Of a stretch of DNA of 28,688 bases, positions 18,001 to 25,601 are shown piece after piece. Origin of the DNA: a virus (taxonomy: Duplodnaviria; Caudoviricetes); the IMG/VR virus record IMGVR_UViG_3300023218_000274, positions 1 through 28,688 of that record; one strand, written 5' to 3'. Made by a program: the position numbers and the translations under genes. The notes under the pieces were generated by a model. That model saw only the letters and a list, made by a program, of their open reading frames with translations, did not search any database and was not told the origin of the DNA. Every line of letters starts with the position of its first letter. Within the stretch, counting starts at the first letter, position 1.

Positions 18001-18630
18001 ATGGCGAAGAAGACCACCCGGAAGAAGACGACCAAGAAGACCGCGCCGAAGAAGGCCTCGACGAAGAAGACCGGCGCCAAGACCGATGCGCCGACGATCA
18101 CTATCTTCCGCGCAGCGCCTGGCAGCGCGTACCACTGGCGTCTCGGCGACAGCGTCAACGCCAAGCGCTACATGGCGCGGAGCCAAGCCGAGCGCGCCGC
18201 GCTCAAGGCCCATTCGGACGCTGCGATCGTCCACGAGCCCGACCCGATGAAGTACGTGCCGAAGAAGAACGCCCCGGCCAAGGGCGATGCCAAGCAGGCC
18301 AAGCGGCGCTCGCGGCGTGAGCGCGTGCCGGACTCGGCGGGCGGACGCGCGATGCGCATCCACCGCAACCTCGCCGACAAGCCCAAGCGCATGAGTCTGC
18401 TCGATGCGGCCGCGACCGTGCTCTCTGACGCGAAGGCCCCGATGCAGGCGAAGCAGATCGTCGAGGCGGTCATCGAGCGCGGCCTCTGGAAGCCCAGCGC
18501 GGGCAAGACGCCCCACGCGACGCTCTACGCCGCGATGACGCGCGAGATCGCCGCCAAGGGCAAGGACGCCCGCTTCCGCAAGGTCGGCCGCGGGCAGTTC
18601 GTGTCCGGGGGCGCCGGGAAGGACGCCTGA
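18001..18630 (+). CDS. HARE-type winged HTH DNA-binding protein with Lys-rich histone H1-like N-terminus (209 aa)
   Basis: AAGGAG SD. C-terminal MSLLDAAATVL...M.AKQIVE.....GLW....GKTPHATLYAAM.REI......RF.KVGRGQF fits HARE-HTH; N-terminal KKT repeats. Confidence 0.85.
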   Translation: MAKKTTRKKTTKKTAPKKASTKKTGAKTDAPTITIFRAAPGSAYHWRLGDSVNAKRYMARSQAERAALKAHSDAAIVHEPDPMKYVPKKNAPAKGDAKQAKRRSRRERVPDSAGGRAMRIHRNLADKPKRMSLLDAAATVLSDAKAPMQAKQIVEAVIERGLWKPSAGKTPHATLYAAMTREIAAKGKDARFRKVGRGQFVSGGAGKDA

Positions 18631-18633
18631 GCC

Positions 18634-18972
18634 ATGCCCGACGAGACCTTCACCATCGAGGACGGCTCGTTGATCCGGCGCGTCGTCCCCCGGCGCGGGA
18701 CGCCCTACGAGCACACCTGCACCGAGCAGGTCTACAAGGACGCCGCCTGGGCCATCGAGCAGCTCGGCGCGGCCACCTTCACCGGCGAGATGATCCGTGA
18801 CCGGATCAATGCCCCGCACACCCAGGTGATGACCGCGATGGCGTTCCTCAAGGAGCGGGGCTGCATCGTCCCGGGGCGTGAGCGCCGCCACCGCGCCGCG
18901 AGCGACTTCGTCTACGAGGACGCCCTCATCGAGTGGCACGCCCTGCGGGAGGGAGCGCCGGGCAGCGCCTGA
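18634..18972 (+). CDS. Hypothetical protein (112 aa), possible winged-helix
   Basis: 3 nt after the HARE-HTH stop; FTGEMIRDRINAPHTQVMTAMAFLKERGCI resembles a wHTH. Confidence 0.7.
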   Translation: MPDETFTIEDGSLIRRVVPRRGTPYEHTCTEQVYKDAAWAIEQLGAATFTGEMIRDRINAPHTQVMTAMAFLKERGCIVPGRERRHRAASDFVYEDALIEWHALREGAPGSA

Positions 18973-18977
18973 GCAGT

Positions 18978-19760
18978 TCACGCCGCTTCCCCCTCACCCG
19001 CGACAGCCGTCGCGGGTGTTTCTTCGGCGTCAGCGTTTGACGCGATCCGCTCCGCCTTTTTCCCAGTGAACTTCTCCCATCGCTCGACGATCACGTCGCA
19101 GTAGGCCGGGTCGATCTCCATGAGGCACCCCCGCCGGCCTGTCTGCTCGCAGGCGATGAGCGTCGAACCCGACCCACCGAAGAGGTCGAGGACGCGCTGG
19201 CCCGGGCGCGATGAGTACTCGATCGCCAGCCGCGCCAGCTCGACCGGCTTCTCGGTGAGGTGGACCATCGCCTGCGGGTTGACCTTCTTGACGTGCCAGA
19301 GGTCGGTCGCGTTGTTCGGGCCGTAGAAGTGGTGGCCCGCGCCCTCCTTCCAGCCGTAGAAGCAGATCTCGAACGCCCCCATGAAGTCCTTGCGCGTGAG
19401 CACCGGGTGCTGCTTATCCCACACGATGCCCTGGCTGAAATACAGCCCGCACGCCTTGAGCGGGCCGGGGTAGTTGCCGAGGTTCGCGTAGCCGCCCCAG
19501 ATGTAGAACGACCCGCCCGGCTTGAGCACGCGCGCCGCGTTCCCGAACCACGCCAGCAGCAACTCGTCGAACGCCTCGCTCGTGACGAAGTCGTTCTCCA
19601 GCGGCCGGTCCTTGGCCCGCATCTGCTTGTGCGTGCCTTTGGCCTTGCCGGGGTGGCGCGCGAGATCGAGCTTCTGGTGGTGCGACTGCGCCTTCCCCGA
19701 CGCCTTGAACGATGAGTTGCCCGCCGCGATCGCGTTGTTGCTCCGCGGCTCGACCTTGAC
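18978..19760 (-). CDS. ParB-DNA methyltransferase, exon 2 (N6A/N4C MTase C-terminal part)
   Basis: Begins VKVEPRSNN; contains RVLKPGGSFYIW, HLTEKPV and motif I VLDLFGGSGST. Joins exon 1 in frame to give a 455-aa protein with beta-class motif order. Confidence 0.9.
   Translation of the reverse strand, partial: VKVEPRSNNAIAAGNSSFKASGKAQSHHQKLDLARHPGKAKGTHKQMRAKDRPLENDFVTSEAFDELLLAWFGNAARVLKPGGSFYIWGGYANLGNYPGPLKACGLYFSQGIVWDKQHPVLTRKDFMGAFEICFYGWKEGAGHHFYGPNNATDLWHVKKVNPQAMVHLTEKPVELARLAIEYSSRPGQRVLDLFGGSGSTLIACEQTGRRGCLMEIDPAYCDVIVERWEKFTGKKAERIASNADAEETPATAVAGEGEAA
18995..19024 (+). terminator. Intrinsic terminator for the plus-strand island
   Basis: Perfect 10-bp stem CACCCGCGAC-AGCC-GTCGCGGGTG followed by TTTCTT, 22 nt after the stop at 18972; lies inside the 3' end of the convergent MTase gene. 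Confidence 0.75.
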
Positions 19761-19854
19761 GTGGTGTAGGCCGGGGGATTGCACCCCGACCCCAACCCCG
19801 AACCGGACGTGCACGTTTCCGCGCATCCGGCTCTCCAGACGAGTCTTGGTCGCG

Positions 19855-21531
19855 CTACGCACTGTGCTTCTCCCGATGGCAGTCCAGGCACAAGGTCTGG
19901 AGGTTGTCGTCGGTGCTGGCCAGTGCGAAGCTCGCAAAGCGCTTGACGGGAACGATATGGTCCGCCTGAGAGGTCGCATCCGTGACCTCTTTCCCGCAGT
20001 TGCGGCAACGGTAGTCGTCGCGTTGCAGGGTGCGGTATTTCACATCCATGTTGCCCAGACGCTGCCGCTCATTGAAGCGCGCCAGCGCCCATTCCATATC
20101 GTCGTCGGTCTCGTAGACGTTCTGTCCGCCGGTGCCCGGCGTGTACGGCTCCGGCCCCCGATAGTCCAGCTTCATCGAGATGCCGCTGAACGTTTCGAGT
20201 CGGCACAGGTCATCAACCTGGAGCGTGCCGTCCCGGTAGAACCGTTTCATCGCCGCGCCCGTGGGGATGTCGAGCTTCCGGCAGATGGCCTTCAGCCCGA
20301 TCCAGAGCGCCTCGTGATCCAACGTTCCGGCAAGGTCCGTGAAGTTGTGAGCGATGCGGAAGTATTCCGACCACCCACGCACGACAGCCGAACCACGTTT
20401 CAGCCGAAGAGCCACCGATTCCTGGTGGGGACGGCGCCGCATGGCATCGTTGAGTCGTTCCTTCACGTTCCGACGGGCCTTCAGACCAACCTTGATCTTC
20501 GGGACCCGCTTGCCGCCCTGACCCACGGTGTGGCTCAAGTGGAAGCCGAGGAAGTCGAACCCATCGTGGACGTGCGTGATGTGCGTCTTTTCCACCGACA
20601 GTTCCAACCCGCATTCGCGGCGCAGGAACGATCGGATGGAGTCACGCAACGTCTCGGCGTACCGCTTCGACGCCCGCGTGATGAAGACGCACCAGTCATC
20701 GGCGTACCGAACGAATCGCACGTTCGGCTCGCGATGATGCGCTGCTCGCATCATGGCCTGCCCTTGCGTGCCCTTCCCATGCAGGAACCAGTCCAGCTTG
20801 TTCAGGACCGCGTTGGACAGCAGCGGCGAGATCACGCCTCCCTGGGGAACGCCCTTCTCGGTCGGCTGGACAACGCCCTCGACTTCGACGCCGGCCTTGA
20901 GGAACCGACGAATCAGATCGAGGAACGTGTTGTCCATGACCTTCTCCCGCACGACCTTCAGAATGGCCTTGTGCGGGATCTCATCGAAGCACGCCTTGAC
21001 GTCTCCCTCGATCACCCACCTGAAGCCGTGCTTCATGAGGTGCTGACATCGGTAGACGGCATGGTGCGTGCTGCGATTGGGCCGGAACCCGTACGAGTGC
21101 TCGTGGAACTCGACCTCGAAGATCGGCTCAAGCGCCATGCGGATGGCTTCCTGAACGATCTTGTCCCGCAGACAGGGAATGCCCAAGCCGCGCATCTTGC
21201 CGTTGGCCTTGGGGATCATCACCCGCCGCACGGGCTGAGGTTGATACGTTCCACGCTTCAACTCCAGGCGCAGATGTTCGAGCTTCCCCTCCAGTCCCTT
21301 GCGGAACTGGCGGGTCGTCACGCCATCGACGCCCGGCGCTTTGCCGTGAGAGCGACGGAGCACACGGTCCGCGGCTTCCCGCAACCAGTGCGGGTGGTGC
21401 ATCAGGTCCATCAGGTTCCGGACTCGCCCGTCATGCGGGTTCGTCGGGAACAAAGGTGTGCCTGACTCCCGGTGCCGCTTGTGCGCGCCGGATTGCTCCC
21501 ACAACCTTCTCTGGACTTCGTTCACGTTCAT
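19855..21531 (-). CDS. ltrA: Group II intron-encoded reverse transcriptase/maturase with C-terminal HNH endonuclease (558 aa)
   Basis: APGVDG, RGLGIP..RDKIVQ, SYGFRP, GVPQGGVISPLL, RYADD, GFDFLG, X domain RGWSEYF, and HNH CRNC...DHIVP...NLQTLCLDCH. Confidence 0.95.
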   Translation of the reverse strand: MNVNEVQRRLWEQSGAHKRHRESGTPLFPTNPHDGRVRNLMDLMHHPHWLREAADRVLRRSHGKAPGVDGVTTRQFRKGLEGKLEHLRLELKRGTYQPQPVRRVMIPKANGKMRGLGIPCLRDKIVQEAIRMALEPIFEVEFHEHSYGFRPNRSTHHAVYRCQHLMKHGFRWVIEGDVKACFDEIPHKAILKVVREKVMDNTFLDLIRRFLKAGVEVEGVVQPTEKGVPQGGVISPLLSNAVLNKLDWFLHGKGTQGQAMMRAAHHREPNVRFVRYADDWCVFITRASKRYAETLRDSIRSFLRRECGLELSVEKTHITHVHDGFDFLGFHLSHTVGQGGKRVPKIKVGLKARRNVKERLNDAMRRRPHQESVALRLKRGSAVVRGWSEYFRIAHNFTDLAGTLDHEALWIGLKAICRKLDIPTGAAMKRFYRDGTLQVDDLCRLETFSGISMKLDYRGPEPYTPGTGGQNVYETDDDMEWALARFNERQRLGNMDVKYRTLQRDDYRCRNCGKEVTDATSQADHIVPVKRFASFALASTDDNLQTLCLDCHREKHSA

Positions 21532-21858
21532 CGGGAACCCTCCCGATTGATGAACGCTTCGGTCATCCAGAACGAAACATCCTGCCTCCCTTCGCCATGT
21601 GGACGGCTTTCCCGTCCTCGGACTACTACGGAGGCTCCGCCACCCAACCGCCTCATCGGCAGGGATTCAATCGCCCGAAGGCGATCTATCCGTGCGACTG
21701 CCATACTCGGCTGGGCTTCCCTGGTTCCCTTGCGGACACTCAAACGCTTCCGGTTAGACTCCGACCTTTCGGTGCCAAACAGCTCTCTGCTGCTCCCCCA
21801 AGCACCGGCGGATGATTGGCTGCTCCGCCGGCCTCGGAATCGCCGAAGCGATTCGCCG

Positions 21859-21889
21859 GAGCGCGCGCCTACAACGATAACGCGCGCCC
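21859..21889 (-). other. Intron domain Id3 stem-loop carrying EBS1 (GUUGUA) and delta C
   Basis: Stem GGGCGCGCGTT/GGCGCGCGCTC with loop ATCGTTGTA; GTTGTA (21870-21875) is the exact complement of the last 6 nt of exon 1 (TACAAC). Confidence 0.85.
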
Positions 21890-22219
21890 GCTTGGGCCAT
21901 TCCCTATCCCGGGCGGGGTACTCCCGGGCGGCTTCAGTGTTGTCAGGAATGGGGGCCCACTTTCCCGATGGCATTGGTCGGTTCCTGAACGTAGTCATGC
22001 GGAAGCTCTACCTGGCAGGACTGCAACGGCTATGAAGCCTCGCCTGTGTCCCACGTTGTCGGAAGAGCTGTTTCGCCAGCGGAGTCACACAACTCCGCCG
22101 ACTTACTTCCTAGGTACGGTGGCCGGCCAAACGGCCACGGTTCGTGAGTGAACATTGCCACGCAAGGTGTCTCGCACATCTGCATGATCTCAGGCAGCGG
22201 TGCGATACATCAGGCGCAC

Positions 22220-22804
22220 GTTGTACGGCGGGTCGGTGTTGACCAGGTGGATCACCTCGCCGTCGAGCAGGCGGTCAAGATCTGTGGCGCTGCTGCTATC
22301 GCCGCACAGCAGCCGGTGCTTGCCGAGGATCCACAGGTCGCCCGGTCGCGTAGTCGCCTCATCGGGGGGCGATGGCACCTCGTCGGGGTCGGTCAGCCCC
22401 GCGTTCCCGCCGGCGTTGAGCAGCTTGGTCAGTTCCTTCTCGTCAAAACCTAGCGATGCCAGGTCGAAATCCATCGCCTGCAGCTCGCCGAGCTCGATGG
22501 GCAGCAGGTCGAAGTTCCACTCGGCCAGCTCGCCGCTCTTGTTGTCGGCGATGCGGTACGCCTTGATCTGCGCTGGGCTCAGGTCCTTGGCGACATGTAC
22601 CGGGGCCTTCTCCAGCCCGAGCTTGAGCGCCGCCTTGTAGCGGGTGTGGCCGCAGACGATGACGCTCTCGGTGTCCACCACGATCGGCTGGCGGAATCCG
22701 AACTCGCGCAGCGACGCGGCAACAGCATCGACCGCGCCGTCGTTGATCCGGGGGTTGTTCTCGTACGGGATGATGTCGGCGAGGGGACGCAGTTCGATCT
22801 TCAT
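22220..22804 (-). CDS. ParB-DNA methyltransferase, exon 1 (ParB/Srx N-terminal domain up to catalytic DPPYN)
   Basis: IIPYENNPR, SLREFGFRQPIVVD, GHTRYKAA, YRIADNK (ParB-like), then GDLWILGKHRLLCGDS and TDPPYN; 195 codons; GGAGG SD. Confidence 0.92.
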
Positions 22805-22861
22805 GGCAGGAGCCTCCGTGCTTCGGGGTTGGGGATCGGGGTCAACAGGCCGGCGGACCGG

Positions 22862-23207
22862 CGGGCGACGTTCGCCCGTGCCGGGCCGGTTGGCGGGATC
22901 GGGGGTTGGATTGGGAGACCGCCGCCGGGCGCGACACGGGCCAACGTGGGGCGACCCGGGGGAGGACAGACGAGGGCTTGCGGGGCGGACCGGACAGGCG
23001 AAACAAACTCTGTCGGGGATTGCGGCTGTTCCCGCGGGCGTCGGCTGGCCATCCCCCCTGGGAAGTACCTACGCCGCCCGTCCCGGCCCGCGCTCTCCCG
23101 CCCACGGCCCAACCAGCCGGCCCACGTTCCGCCGTGTCGCGTCCTGTCGACCGGGTTGGCCCGTTGGGCCACCCGCGTCTCGCCGCCACACGGGCCAACG
23201 ACGCCCG
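22862..23207. other. Candidate cos/packaging site with nested inverted repeats
   Basis: Inverted pairs 22862-22880/23189-23207 and 22930-22950/23121-23141 centred on palindrome CCCGCGGG (23031-23038). Minus strand AGGTACTTCC...CGCGGG resembles the lambda cosQ-cosN flanks. Confidence 0.45.
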
Positions 23208-23220
23208 TCCGGCTTCGCTC

Positions 23221-23394
23221 GCTCGCTTGAGCGCTGGAGCGCGCGCGCACGAGCGACCCGGGGCGTCGCGTGAGCGCACGCCCCCGGGGGGTATGGGGGG
23301 TGTGCGCGCGCACGAGCGAAACCACCCCCGAAGACGTTTTGGCTCGCTTGAGCGCTTCGGCGAAGCGCACGAGCGAATGTGCGCGCGAGCGAAA
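23221..23394. repeat. Direct-repeat cluster (iteron-like), candidate replication origin
   Basis: GCGCACGAGCGA at 23245, 23308 and 23365; GCTCGCTTGAGCGCT at 23221 and 23342; central CCCCCGGGGGGTATGGGGGG. Confidence 0.55.
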
Positions 23395-23417
23395 TCCGAT
23401 GGAGCGGAAGACGGTGC

Positions 23418-25601
23418 TCATGACTTGGCCTCCTCGCCCGCGGCGGGCTGAGGCACGGTGGCGAAGAGCACCTTGTGAGCCCGGCCAACCCGCCAGCGGT
23501 AGATCAGCCCGCGGCTCTCGGCGATGTCCAGCAGGTCCGCCACGCGACGCCAGGACAGCCCGGGCTCGCCCTTGGCGTCCTCGCGGATCTCGGCCTTACC
23601 GACCGGCTCGGCCGAGATGAACCGGGCGACGAACCGCTCCACGCCCCACGACGGCTCCGCGGGCTTGTCGGCCTTGGGCGAGGCGTCCTTCTTCTTGCCC
23701 GGCCGCTCGTTCTTGAGCGACGCCGGGTCGAGCGTGTCGTCCACCGACCACACCGGAAAGTCCCACCGCAGGCAGGTCGGGTCGATGGGCGGCCAGGACC
23801 GCACGGCCGCGTCGAGCACGACCACGCCGTCCTCCTCGTGCGGCCGCAGGACCAGGTGCGTGTCGGTGGCCCGGCTCTGCGCGCCAGCCCCGGCCCCGAC
23901 GTCGGTCACGCTCTTGCCGCTCTGGCTGCCCTTGGTCGAGTGGTGGATGAGCACGAAGCAGCAGCCCAGATGGTCGGCGAAGGCGTCGATGCGGTTGTAG
24001 ATGTTGGCCATCGTGCCGTTGTCGTTCTCGTCGCCGCCGGCGGGCATGAAGCGGTAGAACGCGTCGAGCACGATGACCTTGAACCGCCCTGGCTCAAGGG
24101 CCTCGAAGTACGGCGCGAGCGTGAAGATGTCCTGGAGCCGCCCGCGCAGGTTGTCCACGAAGATCCGCTCGGCGATCTCGCGCATCGCCACGCCCCGGGC
24201 CTGGGCGACCTTCGGCAGGCGGTGGGCGCTGGTCTCGCGGTGCAGCTCGTTGTCGATGATCAGGACCGGCCCGGCCTCGGTCTGGTAGCGCCCAAGCCAC
24301 GGCCGACCGGTGGCGACCGCGATCGCCAGGTCGAGCGTGAGCCATGACTTCCCTGTCTTGGGGCTGGCGATGACGTTCATGGTCTCGCCGGCGCGGAGCA
24401 GACCGTGGATCACGGGCTCGCGCAGTTGCGGGTACGCCGCGACGAGCTCGCCCACCGGCACGGGGCAGGGCTCGAGCGGCCCAGTCGCTGGCGGCGTGTC
24501 TGTCATGAATGCGGAGAGGTCGACGCCGGTCGGGTGCTCGCGCGAGCCGTAGTCCTCGGCAGCCAGCGCCGACGCCGCGGCCGCGAAGTCGCCGTGGTGC
24601 TCGAGCAGGGCGTAGACCGCGAACGGCGAGTAGCCCTTGTGCGCCTCGAACGGCGCGGCGTTGGTGCTGAAAACGTAGAAGACCCGGTCCTTCAATGTCG
24701 CGCTCGTGCCCGCCGACTTGCCGGGCCGACGCCAGTGCTCATTCTCACCGGAACGCACCAGCGTCCAGCCGTGCCGGAGCAGGATCTCGCGCGGGTCGCC
24801 CCGGTCGTTGAAGTCGTCGCCGGGGCGGGAGGGGCAACTATTCGGGAATGCCGAAGAGTTGGAGGGTGCGAGACCACCGCCCATCACCGGCTGGGGCGTT
24901 TCGTCCAGCGCCCACGCGCAGCCGAGCAGCACGTCCCGCTCGTCGGCGGTGATCAGCGGTGGCTCGCACAGGTCGCCCTGGGCGACCTCGTAACCCGGCG
25001 AGGGGTCGCAGAGGAACAGCCCACCCTCGCCCCGCGTCTCGATGATGGTCACCGTGACCACCCACGCGCCCGACGCGTCGCGCCTCGGTGCATACTCCTT
25101 GCTGCCCACGACGACCGGCTCGTCGCTATCGACATCGATCCGGCGCTGGGCAAGCTTGGTGTTGCCCGACACGGGCGCCTCGCAGCGGTAGACGACGTGC
25201 CTGCCGCCCGACGGCGTCGTTTCGATGACCAGCCGCTCCAGCAGCCCCGGCGCTGCCGCTTCGACCGCCTCACGCCAGGCCTCGAAGGCCTCGCCGCCGC
25301 CGCCGTCCCAGTTGTCGAAATCGATCATCTCCAGGTGGCCCGAGACCGCGCCGCACACGAGGCACATCGCGCTCGGCGACGATTCGGGGTTGAACCCACT
25401 TCCGCCAAACCAGGATCCCAGTTCGTCGCCAGACGGCAGCCGCGTCTGGTACGGCTTCCACGAGGACAGGGCGACGCGCTTCTCCTCGCCGCGGCGGATC
25501 GCGGGCAGAGCGCAGAGCCCCGCGGCCACGCAGGCCGTCGCGTGCGAAGCAAGCGTGCCGTTGCGACGGGGCGAATCGGATGGGTGCGGAGCGTCCTCCA
25601 T
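23418..25601 (-). CDS. Bifunctional primase/polymerase fused to AAA_25 (RepA-like) helicase (727 aa)
   Basis: Prim-Pol motifs WKPYQ, LEMIDFD, ETTPSGGRHVVY, ETRGEGG; Walker A ASPKTGKS, Walker B VIVLDAFY, LIHHSTKG. Confidence 0.88.
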   Translation of the reverse strand: MEDAPHPSDSPRRNGTLASHATACVAAGLCALPAIRRGEEKRVALSSWKPYQTRLPSGDELGSWFGGSGFNPESSPSAMCLVCGAVSGHLEMIDFDNWDGGGGEAFEAWREAVEAAAPGLLERLVIETTPSGGRHVVYRCEAPVSGNTKLAQRRIDVDSDEPVVVGSKEYAPRRDASGAWVVTVTIIETRGEGGLFLCDPSPGYEVAQGDLCEPPLITADERDVLLGCAWALDETPQPVMGGGLAPSNSSAFPNSCPSRPGDDFNDRGDPREILLRHGWTLVRSGENEHWRRPGKSAGTSATLKDRVFYVFSTNAAPFEAHKGYSPFAVYALLEHHGDFAAAASALAAEDYGSREHPTGVDLSAFMTDTPPATGPLEPCPVPVGELVAAYPQLREPVIHGLLRAGETMNVIASPKTGKSWLTLDLAIAVATGRPWLGRYQTEAGPVLIIDNELHRETSAHRLPKVAQARGVAMREIAERIFVDNLRGRLQDIFTLAPYFEALEPGRFKVIVLDAFYRFMPAGGDENDNGTMANIYNRIDAFADHLGCCFVLIHHSTKGSQSGKSVTDVGAGAGAQSRATDTHLVLRPHEEDGVVVLDAAVRSWPPIDPTCLRWDFPVWSVDDTLDPASLKNERPGKKKDASPKADKPAEPSWGVERFVARFISAEPVGKAEIREDAKGEPGLSWRRVADLLDIAESRGLIYRWRVGRAHKVLFATVPQPAAGEEAKS

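Larger units (their letters stand above)
19761..22219 (-). mobile_element. Group II intron (2,459 nt)
   Basis: 5' end GTGCG; 34-nt domain V GAGCCGGATGCGCG-GAAA-CGTGCACGTCCGGTTC (19800-19833) with AGC triad; domain VI ending ...CCTACACCAC with A at -7; removal restores the MTase frame. Confidence 0.95.

Noticed and set aside
18978-19979. ORF-track 333-aa protein as a standalone gene
   Set aside because: Its first ~72 codons are the end of the RT gene and intron domains V/VI read in frame; the real coding part starts at 19760 as exon 2.
19855-21531. RT as part of a diversity-generating retroelement, retron or defence RT
   Set aside because: It has X and HNH domains and sits within canonical group II intron ends with domains V and VI. 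I saw no TR/VR repeat pair or Avd-like gene.
21528-21998. 156-aa ORF upstream of the RT
   Set aside because: Lies in structured intron RNA including the EBS1 hairpin; Arg/Ser-rich with no recognisable motifs.
19759-22221. ACGT at both intron junctions as a target-site duplication
   Set aside because: Explained by intron consensus ends (GT..., ...AC) coinciding with exon AAC|GTC; precise removal leaves one copy, and group II introns make no TSD.
22860-23400. Repeat region as a CRISPR array
   Set aside because: Repeats are short, irregularly spaced and in mixed orientation, with no constant repeat-spacer period and no cas genes.
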